Shown here in pieces: positions 31,571-43,579 of a DNA stretch of 64,000 nt. The DNA is from Macrostomum lignano (Eukaryota). A program made the translations under genes and the position numbers. The first letter of the stretch is position 1; the number at the start of each line of letters is the position of its first letter. The notes under the pieces are model-generated. The model made no database searches and had not been told where the DNA came from. It was given only the letters and a program-made list of their open reading frames with translations. The stretch covers positions 248,001-312,000 of the forward strand of contig NIVC01000690.1 of the NCBI GenBank assembly GCA_002269645.1, given 5' to 3'.

Positions 31571-34500
31571 GACTCATCCACCTGGCAATGCCACGGCGGG
31601 GCGCGGAGGCCCAACAAGATCAGCAGCTGCACTCGTCGGTGATGAGCCTGGCAGTGGCCGGGCGGACGCCAGCCTGGCCGCGCCGGGCTCCCGGACAGCA
31701 GCAGCGAATGGGCAGCCAGGTGATCGTGGAGCCGCCGGAGCGTCCGGCTCTGCGGTCCCAGGCGGCTCTCGAGCCCAGGGCAACGACGGCGGCAACGTCG
31801 GCGGTGCAGGGCGGGGCGGCAGCCACCGCTCCTATGCTACCATGGCGGCTAGTCAGGATGTATCACGGCCACCTAACAATAACAGTGGGAATAGCAACGT
31901 GGTACCCGTAGTATTCAACACTGCGGCTGAAGCCAGCCAGATTGATTTTTTAAAGTGGCTCGCGGCCAACTTTCAAGGTTCGGCCCGGGCCACACTTACC
32001 AAAAAGTTAAATAATGAAGTCGGTTTCCTTGTCTTTCCGGCCACTCCGCGAGACCACCAGATTTTTCTACGTGGGCCTCTGCGTGAGCCCCAGTTCGTAG
32101 GGGGCCGGTTACAAGGCGGCTTCCGCGAGCGAGACCTGACCCACGAGCGAGGCAGACCGCGCCGCAGCGACCAGTGACCCAGGCGGTCCACTCTTTCGTC
32201 TTGCGCGGTGTGCCACCCGAGGTCAGAGCCGACGACTTTAAGCGGCACTTGCAAGACAATGCTGGTTTAAGAATCGTGTCTGCTAGTCGGATTATCGCTA
32301 AAAGAAACAACGAGCCCACCAACCTGGTGCGAGTATTCGGTTATAACAAACAAACAGAAGACGCCTGCCTTGCAACAGGCATTATAACAGATTTCACTAC
32401 CTATCAATGTGAACCAAGCAAGACTGCAACTCCTGCTCGCGCACCGCAGTGCCAAAATTGCCAGCGATTCGGCCATCACGCCCAGCGATGCAAGGCGGCA
32501 AAGCGTTGTAGAATTTGCGCGACCGAGCACCACTGGCGCGACTGCGACAATCAGGAGGCTGTAAAGTGCGCAAACTGCGGTGAGCCGCACCGTGCCAATT
32601 ATCGCAACTGCCAGGTGGCGGTCGACTGACATAGCGCGGCCCAAAGGCGTGCGGCTGCCTACGCAGCGGGCGCCCAAGAAGCCGCGGCAGCTACAGGCAG
32701 GTTGACCGCTCCACCACCTATTGCGGCAGCAGCGGCAGCAGCAGCAGCGGCGCTCCCCGCCCCCGCACTGAGACCAGCACCGGCGGCAGCATCGAGATCG
32801 GCCGACGCCGCAGCACGGGCGCCAATGGCGACAGGAGGCGATGACGATTCATCATGGCTCACCGACCCCGGCCTCCCTAGCCGAAAGCGCCCTGTGCGCG
32901 AATCGACCGACTCGGAGACACAGACAACTGCGCCGAATATGACATCTAACTATGATACGCCGCCAAATGCCAGAGGAGACTCTCAGCTTCAGGGACTGGT
33001 GAGTGGGTTCCTTCCCCTCCTGGTCCAGGCACTTGTTGAGGTGCTGACGCCCTCTGGCAGAGCCCGGCCGAACGGCCGCCTAATACTGAAAGCTCCCGTC
33101 AAACGGTGCAAGACGTAGTAGGTAGGGTTCTGGCCCGGGTCCTCGAAGGCGGGTCGGACAGTCACCAAGGCCTTGGTCAGCTGCTTGGCGCCTCCCGGCG
33201 ACAGGCGGGTGGCCAGACCTAGAATAATATAGGATAAATATGTTCGGTAATAACGGCACGATAGCTCAAACCCCACTGCCTCAGGGCTTAAGATCGGCCA
33301 CCTAAATTGCAGGGGGGTAGTACCGAAACTAAAAGAACTCAGGCTCTGGGTCTCAGACCAGAAGTTGGATATAGCGCTGTTTTCTGAGACCATCCTGAAA
33401 AATACTCATGTATGCACTTTCTCGAGCTATGCTGCAGTGCATCCTTCCGAGTGCAGACCTTCCGAATACGAAGCGCGGACTTCTCCTCGTACACACCCCA
33501 CGGGTAAAGGCAGCAGACGTCCAGCTCTCGTATGACAACGTCAACCATGAGGTCCTTACCTGCACGGTCACTCCTATTGACGGCGCGTGCCCAGCCTTCC
33601 AACTCTCCCTGGTGTATCGGTCCCCGTCGCCGGACAACCTTGACACAGGTCTATTGACTCGGCTGTCCTCGGCGAAGTACTCGCTTATTATGGGAGACCT
33701 GAATGCCAGGCACAGTTTCTTGGGGGGCGAAAGTCGCAACAACAGGGCAGGACAGCAGCTTCATGATTGGCTCGGTGGCGACCCGTCAAAACGCCCTACC
33801 GTCCTCAACCAACCAGGCCAGTTTACCAGAATAGCCCACCGGCAAGGCGTTGTGTCCCGGAATGTGCTGGATCTTGGATTAGCCTCTGGTGACCTCGTCT
33901 CCAACGTGCAAGACTTTGAAGTGGGCTCGGACCTGGATAGTGATTATCTCCCAATAATACTCACCCTGGCGAGTAACTCCCCAGATTGGCAAGGGCCGGA
34001 GAAGGCTCGAAACTTCGCCAAAGCCAACTGGGAACAGTTCCAAAACTCCTTGATGGAAAAACTGATACATGCGTGGCCTCCAGACCTGAACACCAGGCAG
34101 CAGATTGATGCGGAGGTTGAAGTCATCACGAACGCAATTCAGAAAACCATTAAGGAGAATGTCCCGGTCAGAAAAGGCCGTAGAGCCCTCCCCCAAAGGA
34201 TCATCGACATGATCAAGGAGAGGAGGAAGCTCCGGCGTCAATATCATAGTACTAAGGTTGACAATTTTAGGCTCCTCGCGAATAGGAAAGCGAAGGAAAT
34301 AAAAAGCGCAATTCATTCGTTTGAGCAGGGCCAATTTACCTAACTGTGCGAGAAAATAGTTGAAAAAAGTCAGTGCCGGAACGTCAAGGACTTCTGGCAG
34401 GACACAAAAAAATTTATGGGGCGCAACAAGGGCACCACTATCCCGTCCTTGAACGATGGCGCCACCCTCGCACATACTGACTCGGACAAAGCTGATATGC

Positions 34501-34745
34501 TAGCGAGAGCACTAGATGTCAAAATGCGCCCGATTCCATCAACCGACGAGGATCTGAAGAAGCGGGTTGAGCAGGTCATGAAGCTCCCCATCTTTAGACC
34601 AGTTCCTTCGGGCGTAGATCCGTACATGGGCCACCCCCCTGGAGGCTCCGTTCTCTGTCGCAGACACCCTCTGGGAGCTGGACCACCTAAAAGTTGATAG
34701 TGCTCCGGGCCTAGACAAAGTTCCGAACTGCGTCCTTAAACATGG

Positions 34746-35647
34746 TGTAGTGACTGGCTGCTAACTGGTTATTCAGCAGCATTCACTAGCTTTCCCTAAG
34801 AGTGCTGTGATCCGCTGCACAGTAGCTCAGTCCACCTGATCTAGTGAGAGAGTTACCCTGTGCTGGGCCTATGTGTTTACTGCCCAATGACTCATCGCCT
34901 GAGCGGGCGCGGGCAGCCACACTCAATGTCTTCCCACTCGCGCTGAGGAGGCGTTGCAGGATGACTCATCACCTGCGCGGAGTGTAAGGGCTGCCTAGAG
35001 GGAGTAAACAGGATGACTCATCCGCCCACGATTCTATTTTTAGCACAGACTAAGCACGTGACTGTGCACGCACTCTGTGCGTGGCCACTGACCTTGAGTC
35101 ACGCCACTGCTGCGTGACAGGGTTGCCTTATTGGGAAGTTGGCCTTGGATCACGCGTCGCCCGCATGATTCCAATGCCCAAATAAGGAAGTTTCACGCGC
35201 TCACCGCATGAAACTCACGTGACTTTTGGGGGTCCGCTCGGCTATAAATACGGAGCATCTGCGAGCCATTTTTCTCCAGATCGCGTCGTCCTGCCTGGGC
35301 TCGACCGGAGCTGCCTCCATGCCTCCGAGGTCTCCTCTCTCATTTCAGGTTTTCAGGTTCGAGCAGCATTCTACTAAGACGATCGACTGTCGAGACATTT
35401 TTCAGATTTGCCTTTGCTCCGAGCGACTTTGTTATTTTTCTTTCAGGTGACGGATAGACAACTCTGCCGACGCGTCAAGTCCGCACACCAAGGTGGCAGC
35501 AACCCTACCAAGTCACGGCAACGTTTTAGGTTCATTTTCAGGAAAATCGATGGGTAGTACTACGGTGCTATCTAGCTTCTTCAGGAGCAGCGGGTTTTAT
35601 TTTTCTAGGAACATCTTAGAGAACCCGAGAAGGAGAGGCACTTTACA
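34746..35647 (+). mobile_element. Solo LTR inserted in LINE-A ORF2
   Basis: TGTA...TACA ends and 4-bp TSD ATGG (34742-45 / 35648-51). Excision restores VLKHG-LAPIAVTRITKLFNDC in frame. TATA (ctataaata) near 35242 suggests + orientation. Confidence 0.88.
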
Positions 35648-37609
35648 ATGGCCTGGCGCCCATTGCGGTTACCCGCATCACCAAACTCTTCAATGATTGC
35701 TATCGTACGGGCATCTTCCCATCGTAGTGGAAAAAAGCGGTGGTGACGATGATCCCTAAACCAGACAAACCTCCTGAATCCCCGGGATCCTATCGGCCCA
35801 TCAGCCTGACCTCCTGTCTCGGCAAGGTCTTTGAGAAGCTATTGGTGAGGAGGCTGATGAAGCATCTTGAGGGCCAGGGTATCCTCGGCGCGGATCAATG
35901 TGCGTACCGGAAGGTCCACTCAACTTATGATAATCTTGTCTCGTCCAGGACGGCATTCTGAGCCCCTTCCTGTACCTGCTCTTTGTCAGCACCATGCCTC
36001 GGCCAAGACAACCAAACCTTAAGCGAAGCCAATTTGCCGATGACATGGCCATCTGGGCCTCGGCGGACTCCTTTGCTGGCCTCAAGACACTCCTGCAACC
36101 CTACCTTGACCGCGTGTGGAATTGGTGTGGGGGGCAGGGGATTAAGATCAACGCCAGCAAGAGTCAGGTTATCGCATTCAATTATAAGCCAACCCAGCGG
36201 CTCGACCTTCGCCCCAAGCTGAAACTTGGTGGCACGAGCCTTGAATACCAAGAAGAGGTCCGGTTCCTAGGCATGAACCTGGACTACAGGCTGACCCTTA
36301 ACTCGCATGTTGAAAGAGTAGTCAGCCATGGCCGGGCGCTTGCTCTGTCCATTAACCGCATTGCTAAGCTGACCCGGCTAAGCAGCAATACCCTCAAAGT
36401 GCTATACAGGGCTTATGTTGAGAGTGCGCTGACTTACGGTGCCCCGGTGCTGAATATCATAGCACCCAGTAATCTCAATAAGCTCCAGAAAATCCAAAAT
36501 TTAGCTCTCAGGATCTGCTATGGTGCCCCCAGTTACACCCAGGTAGCCTACTTGCATGAGCTGGCAGCCATGCCTATGGTGGCAGACAGGATTCGTGCCC
36601 TGGGCGTAGGCTGGCTCTTCAAGGTGAAGGCTGCTGGGCACCACGACTTCCACATAGAGCCGGAACTCGCTAGAGCTGCCCGTAACCGCCCCCCCCCCAG
36701 TGCTGAACCTGCTTTGGGAAAGCCTGAAGAGGAGGCGAGCAAATAGAAAGGCAGCTGCAAATGCGGCGGCCCGCGCGGCCCAAAACCCGCCCTAAACATG
36801 CTAGGTCAGCTGCCCAAAAACCTAGTGCGCACCCAGATAGTGGCTTCCCCTCTTTTTTACCCTCGATCTAGCTGTCTGTCAGCGCACAAACAAAAGGACC
36901 AATATAAATAATAGGCGTTGAATGTAACGGCGAGTGCTGGACCAGGCGGGTGGGCCTACGACCCCGTAATTATACAGTATATGTAGTTGTGCCTACCTGC
37001 AAGATCTAAAAATGCTGTGATCCGCCGTCGTCCTTCTTGCTCCTGAGTCCGCCTTTTTTATCCTCCTCTTTTACAATCCAACTGTTTTTAAAACTGCAAC
37101 TGCTCTCTTTTACATCCGGCTTTTGACCTGTTTTTACACAATATCCTAATAACCTTTTACCCAATATAGCAAGAATGCTTTTATTTACCACTTTTTAACA
37201 AAACGCGCCAACCTGGTTGCTTTAATTTATTACGTGCAGAAGTTGCTACTTGTAGTGGCTCTAGCCGCATTGCTACTATATTTTCCTTTTTATTTCCAAA
37301 ATTAACTTTATATACTTTTATTCTAAATATCGCGTTGATTCCCATCATGGTCCATATAGCTTTGTGAGGACCCGCCCCTCATTTTTATAGATTCTCCCCC
37401 TACTTATCAGTCGCGACCTTTTTCTTTTTTCTTTTATTCCTAAATGTAAATATCAATAATTTATACAAATACGTTTATACAAAGGGCTCGCCCATAGGGG
37501 CCAGGTCCCTTGTTTTTACCAAATTCTTCGACACACCATACTTAATTAAACCTTCGTTATCGTAAAGGTGTTAGAAAATCAATTGCAGCCAGACAAGCTC
37601 AAGGGCGGA

Positions 37610-38811
37610 TACATTCACTCACAGTAGTCAATAACCTTCGTTTGCCCATTACTTATAAACTGAACTGAACTTGGGAAAGCAACCGGCTGCAACCGGCTGA
37701 TTCGGCTCGCGCGATATCTGCAATCCGGCGCCAGGCTCGCTTGTCTCATAGATTCCTAGGTGTGGTTTAGAATTAAGGCCTTCTCTTGTATTTTCTAGTT
37801 ATATTACTACTATCAGTAGGCTAATTTACATTTACATTTTTTATTAAGTTTTAAGTTTTAAAGTTTCAAAGTTTTAAATAAGCCTAACGTTTTAAGGCTA
37901 AAATGCAGATGGAAGTAGAAGTTAGTAGTAAGAGAAGCGCAAGCTCTAGAAACACTGACTCGCCGCCAGTCAACACAAAGAAGGCCAACTGTCGAACATC
38001 GTCCGGCCCTGACCGACGACCTTGTCTTGCATCTAGCAATGAGCCGTCCTGCATTCAGCAGCAATCAGTAACTGAAGAGCCTCCTGCGGTCAACACCCAG
38101 GCAAGTGAGGGTAGGAGGGGTAGCTCTAGAGCAGACTCAACTGCAGTGTACCTACTGTCTAAACCTGATCTCACGGAAGACAAAGTCACTCAGCCACTAA
38201 CAAATTGCAAAATAAGATATATTCCGAACGCATTAAAAACAAGCGAAGCAAGACTCACCAAAATCCTAATAGACGAAGTTTTTCCAAAGGCCTTTCATTA
38301 TGTATCCGGCGGCAAACCTGAAGCTAGGAAGGTAGTGTGGTACGGTCCAGAGTACACCTACGGTGGCACAACGATTGAGGCCAACGATGCTTGGCACCCC
38401 GTAGTGACTCACTTAGCTTCCTGGCTGCACGTTGAGCTTAAGCTTCCATTGCCAAACTCGTGCCTGATCAACTTCTACAAGGATGGCACAGTTTCAATAC
38501 CGTGGCACTCCGATGACGAGCCTGAGTTAGGCATTGACCCGACCATAGTGTCGGCTTCTTTAGGAGCACAGAGGGATTTCCAACTCAGAACCAAAGGCGC
38601 AAGTCAGAATATTGTGCAATCGCAGAAACTTGCTTTTGTCTCACTGTCATGAGCGGAGCTACCCAAAGGCTCCTGCAACACGCAATTATCAGAGACACTA
38701 AGGTCAAGGACTTTAGGATCAATTTAACATATAGAATAACCAAAGACAGCAGAATCAACGACTCACCTATGCCTGCGCCGAATCCCTGCGTCCGACCTCC
38801 GAAGTCGAAAG
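37610..38811 (+). mobile_element. 5' fragment of a second AlkB-ORF1 element (LINE-B), truncated by Helitron sequence
   Basis: AT-rich leader; ORF 37903-38652 plus a 1-nt frameshift into 38649. Same layout as LINE-A ORF1: S/T/P-rich N-terminus, then AlkB (VVWYGPEYTYGG, NSCLINFY, WHSD, SLG, QHAI, RINLTYR). Downstream domains are absent, so LINE identity is inferred. Confidence 0.65.
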
Positions 38812-39015
38812 AGCTGCTTGACCTTTGCAAAAAAGCATGTTTTTCGAATATCTAATCCCTTTAGCATCGAGAGATTTCTTAGCCACGTTGCATGTACCGT
38901 CACGGAAAAACTTCTGATCGAACAGTGCAAGTTCGAAGAAAATCGTTTCAGCCGTTTTTGCTAAAATCGGTCACATAAATAGATATCTACCGACAGACCA
39001 TTTTTAGTATATGGA
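38812..39015 (-). mobile_element. Helitron 5'-terminal fragment
   Basis: Conserved subterminal core (ttgacctttgcaaaaaagcatg...aaatcg...acagaccatttttagtatatgga); the minus strand begins TCCATATACTA. Confidence 0.8.
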
Positions 39016-40964
39016 CTAGCAGTCAACGCCCCCCGCTGGGGAGCAAAAGAAATGCAATACAGGTTTTTTAATAAGCAACATGTAGCTAAGCCTTGAAATC
39101 TTAAAAAATCTCCTGTCAAACTTCTAACCACAACCCCAACCCTAACCATAACCCTAAATTTAATATTTTGTTCACGAGTTTTTGCATGATGCTTGCATTA
39201 TTTTTTTCATGACGCTTCCATAAACATTTTTAATAGGCTACATGAGCTAAGTTATAAGCTATCCTAACCCTAGCCATAAGCCAAATCTTAACGCTATACC
39301 CTGAACCTAACACTAAACCTTGAAACCCTAACACTAACCCTGCAGCCTGACTTTTGCACAAGTTTGTGAAGCGCTTATGCACCAAGTTTTTGTGAACAGA
39401 ATATTCTCAGTGACATGAAATATTTGAAGCTTTATTTATTTCCGCCATAGCAAATCACTACAAAAAACGTGGATATACGCGTACCATTTAATACTTGCAT
39501 ACTTTAAGTGTAGGATGATACAAAACTGCGTGAATAAATTCGCCGAACTATTAAACATTTCTGTTAGTTTCACGATTATTATAAACAGTACATGCACAAA
39601 GTAGCAGTACTGTTCAACTGTACTGTTACGAGCTACAACAAACAAAAAACAACAAACGGTACGAACTTATAATTAAATTTTAAACAACCGAAAATTGACA
39701 TTTAGCAGTTAAAACAATATTTAAACCAACACATGTATTTATTCAAATGATACGATATGATCTTCTGCTGCTAAGACGAGCGTAGCAGATAAAAACGTGC
39801 AATAATGTAATAATTTATAACAAAAGGATCGACTGTCGCTTCAGCAGATGGTGCCATCGACAAGCAGCCAGTATAGCTTTAGCAGTACAAAAATGTACAT
39901 GTATATGCCATCCTGACTACCTGCCGACTCGCGTCACTGCTCAATTGCATGCATTGGGTGTAAGCAAAGGTAGACATTCATTCTCAAACCAAACATTAAG
40001 TCGCTCCGCTCTGCTTAAGGCTGCTACAGAGCTTGACTGCAAATGCTCCTTTTAGAGTCTGGAACCACAGGGTATATAGAGCAGCTCCTATACACCATTC
40101 ACAAACTCTTTTAGCCCAGTTAAGATGCAGTCAACCTACTCTCAATGAGGGCTGCTTTATAAATTCCAATTATACATACATGTTTCACCTGCTTATATAT
40201 ACCTGTACTATTATCTGTTTACTGACTGTATTTTATGGTCTGTTCAGCGACTGTATTAGTGACTGTATTATTGTCTGTTAGAGACTGTATTGTCTGTTTA
40301 GAGGCTGTATTGTCTGTTTAGAGGCTGTACTAGCGGTACCCCCACCCTTCGGGTGTTCCCATCCATCTAAATTCCATCAGGCCAAATTCACACACATTGC
40401 AACTCCTTGCCATGGACGTTGAAATCAGCAAAAAAAATTTCATTTTGCTGATGTCAATTAAATCAAGACCTACGTTGTTCAACTTTCTAGAAAGATTTAT
40501 TATCTCTATCGTTATTGTACCCAATTTTCCTATTGGTTACAATGCAGGGGATTCATCCATCCCCTCTCCTACTCATCCATCCCCTCTCCCATCCATCCAT
40601 CCATCCTCCTCCCACTCTCACCCATCCCATCTCCCTCTTTATCCCACCGTTTCATTCATCCCCTCTCCCTCTTATCCCCCTCTCAGCCATCCCGTCTCTC
40701 CCTTATCAATGCAATTTTCATTGGCCATCGCGTCAGTTGCCCGTAATTGCAGGTGTAACAGGAAAAAACAACTCTCAGTGCCTCTATTATCTTCTCTCCC
40801 TCTTTTCTCCACGACTTCTTGTCTCGGTTGTCCTTCTGTGCGTCTTCTCTCTTAGAATTTCAGCACGCAGCTGAAAATGCGTGAAGAAATAAGAACGAAA
40901 TAAAATATTTTTCCAATTCTCTCATTTGTGTATTTTTCAATTCTCATTCTCCCATTCTCTCTCA

Positions 40965-40978
40965 TTCTCTCTCTCTCC

Positions 40979-41071
<93 letters not shown>

Positions 41072-41115
41072 TCTCTCTATCCGTCTCTCTCTGTCCGTGT
41101 CTCTCTCCGTCTCTC
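40965..41115 (+). repeat. (CT)n microsatellite
   Basis: Direct reading. Confidence 0.95.
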
Positions 41116-41271
41116 TCTTTCCATTAACAATCGAAGTAGTTATCCGTCTGAACGGAACCACCGCTACTGCCGTGGCTGCGACTACGGCTGCGGTTGCGGT
41201 TGCGGCTGCGGCTGCGACGGTGCAGGTCGGCGGCTCGCAGTGCACACAGTGGTAAGAGACTATTCAATTAT

Positions 41272-41309
<38 letters not shown>

Positions 41310-41700
41310 TTTTATGACAGTCACTCACACTGTCTGTTCTTCTCTCCCACTACGTTGTGCGGGGTAGTAGACTACTATACAGTGATTGTATTGCGTCAGC
41401 ACTCAACAGCGACGCCGCACAAAATTCACTCACCCTTGCAAGAATAGCAACAGAGAGAGGCGAAGAGAAGTGTGGCGCAATACTCAATTAAAATCTCATT
41501 TCCCGTAAGTCCTGGCATTTCATACCTCTACTCTGATTGTCTCCTGTCTCTCTGGACTGAAGGTCTGAGGGTTAGCTATATATTAGAGTGAGGGAAAGAG
41601 GCTACTGCCTCAACGATCACAGGATTCAGGAATGTGACTGTCTCTGTCATTCGCCTAATTTTGAATTTTTTCACGTATAATTTGGACTAAGACAATCCCA

Positions 41701-42252
41701 ATGTCTCAGCAACCGACAAATAGGCCGGATAGCTACCCCGAGATGTTTGAGAAGCAACGACGAGGAATGGAACAACACATGAAGACCTTCATGGAGAAAG
41801 CTTCGAACATCGTCCGTCATCAGGAGACGATAGCCCAACAAGAATCCGACAGGAAATCTGCCCTGGCTGAGCTGGTTGCACAGCAGCAATGCGAAATCGC
41901 GCAGCTACGAAGAACGGTTTCTGAACTGCGGGACGAGCTCACCATCGTACAAGCTGAGCGAGACGAGCTTGCGACTGTGCGGAAGGAGCTGGCAACCGTG
42001 CGTGACGAACGCGACCACCTGGAGTCCGTGCTTGGACGGCAGCTTGAAGAGAGCTGCCCTGAGGATGAGTCCTCTCCCCGCAAGCGAGCCCGACATAGCG
42101 AGGATGCGGACCCGGCTGCATCAACTGAGACGTCAACAGCCGAGCCACTGGACGGAACAGAGGTGCAAGAACAGATCGCGAATGCAAGCCAAACCTCCGT
42201 GATGTCTCTGGACGAGTCCGGCTCTGCGGGAAGGTCTTCAATGGACAGTTAG
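41701..42252 (+). CDS. Orphan intronless 183-aa predicted coiled-coil protein with NLS-like PRKRAR
   Basis: ATG-to-stop ORF, GC-rich relative to flanks, heptad-like E/Q/R/L pattern, TATA-like gctatatatt ~120 nt upstream. Confidence 0.55.
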   Translation: MSQQPTNRPDSYPEMFEKQRRGMEQHMKTFMEKASNIVRHQETIAQQESDRKSALAELVAQQQCEIAQLRRTVSELRDELTIVQAERDELATVRKELATVRDERDHLESVLGRQLEESCPEDESSPRKRARHSEDADPAASTETSTAEPLDGTEVQEQIANASQTSVMSLDESGSAGRSSMDS

Positions 42253-43579
42253 AGGTGTTGCCACACTGCGTAAAACAGAATGCAAAAAAATGCTACTGAA
42301 CCACTTGTATGAGTCTCGTGCATGGTAGATCCCATCCGAGGAAGCTACTTTATTGACTGATGGCATAGTAAGTTTCCCAAAATTGTAGTTAATTAATACA
42401 TACTATAGTATAGTTTGTTATACACGCAATGATACATCTTGCAGCGGATCACTTATTACACCACTACTATTTTTTTACGACAATGACAGTGACAAAAAAA
42501 ACAAATTCACCTACGGTATTAGGATACGGACTCAGATCTGTTGTGCTTCTTTATCGAGGCGAGGATAGCCTGCTATGCTGTTTAATTGCTGCGTTAAGTA
42601 ATACTTCTCGTGTTTGTTATTCTTTCCTGACATATTTGTATGAAATGACTCTGTGTGCATGGAATAGTATATGCGAACGGATTTAACATCCCATTGACGA
42701 ATTTTCCCACAGAATTTAACTGTGCGCAGTTTTACATGCCAATTTCGATGCATGGACGGATGGCAAAATGAAAAAAATATATGGAAAGCGCCAATGAAGT
42801 GACCATTTGGTAAACTTACATTATCCATATGACAGTGGGATAAATGTGAGATAGAGAGGGAGATGGGATGGGTGAGAGTGGGAGGAGGATGGATGGATGG
42901 ATGGGAGAGGGGATGGATGAGTAGGAGAGGGGATGGATGAATCCCCTGCATTGTAACCAATAGGAAAATTGGGTACAATAACGATAGAGATAATAAATCT
43001 TTCTAGAAAGTTGAACAACGTAGGTCTTGATTTAATTGACATCAGCAAAATGAAATTTTTTTTGCTGATTTCAACGTCCATGGCAAGGAGTTGCAATGTG
43101 TGTGAATTTGGCCTGATGGAATTTAGATGGATGGGAACACCCGAAGGGTGGGGGTACCGCTAGTATTATATATATACTATTTTACGACAAATACCAGAAA
43201 AGCGTATATATTTAGCTTTGTTAGAAATTTGGTGATTACATTTTTTACATGAAGCAAATTTTTACATGTGTATGTATCAATTTCGCTAGTGCAAAAATAA
43301 GCTACGCTGTATAATGCAATGTTTTTCCTGCATGGCTTTCATTATGCGGTGATCAAGGCATTCATTCAGATGGTGAACGAAACTTTGCAGAAGTTAATAA
43401 AATTGCACACGATGAACAGATAAGTGTATGGATAACAGTGCAGTATTGCAGTAAGGAGGCAAACAATTTTTTTAACAGCGTTCCTAACAAATACAAGCCG
43501 TTAGTATGCCAGGAAATGCAAAATCGATAATGTCTTTGTCGCATCAATGTAAACTAATGTATAGCACGACAAGAAATTC

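Larger units (their letters stand above)
30320..36912 (+). mobile_element. Degenerate non-LTR retrotransposon (Jockey/I group) with AlkB-containing ORF1 (LINE-A)
   Basis: ORF1 from ATG 30503 to ~33220 (frameshifts and stops): low-complexity N-terminus, AlkB, RRM-like region, three CCHC knuckles. ORF2 ~33260-36746: APE (GHLNCRG, FSET, MGDLNARH, LDL, SDY) and RT (YRPISLTSCLGK, QFADD, FLG) with no RNase H. A/T tail near 36905. Confidence 0.9.

Noticed and set aside
28800-38735. Bacterial contamination or HGT island suggested by cold-shock and AlkB domains
   Set aside because: Both domains are embedded in eukaryotic retroelement frames and contiguous with spliced genes and Helitrons; the ultimate origin of the domains needs phylogeny
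41140-41270. (CG)n or poly-Ala peptide exon ending in GTAAG
   Set aside because: Likely a GGCTGC simple repeat; no acceptor or partner exon
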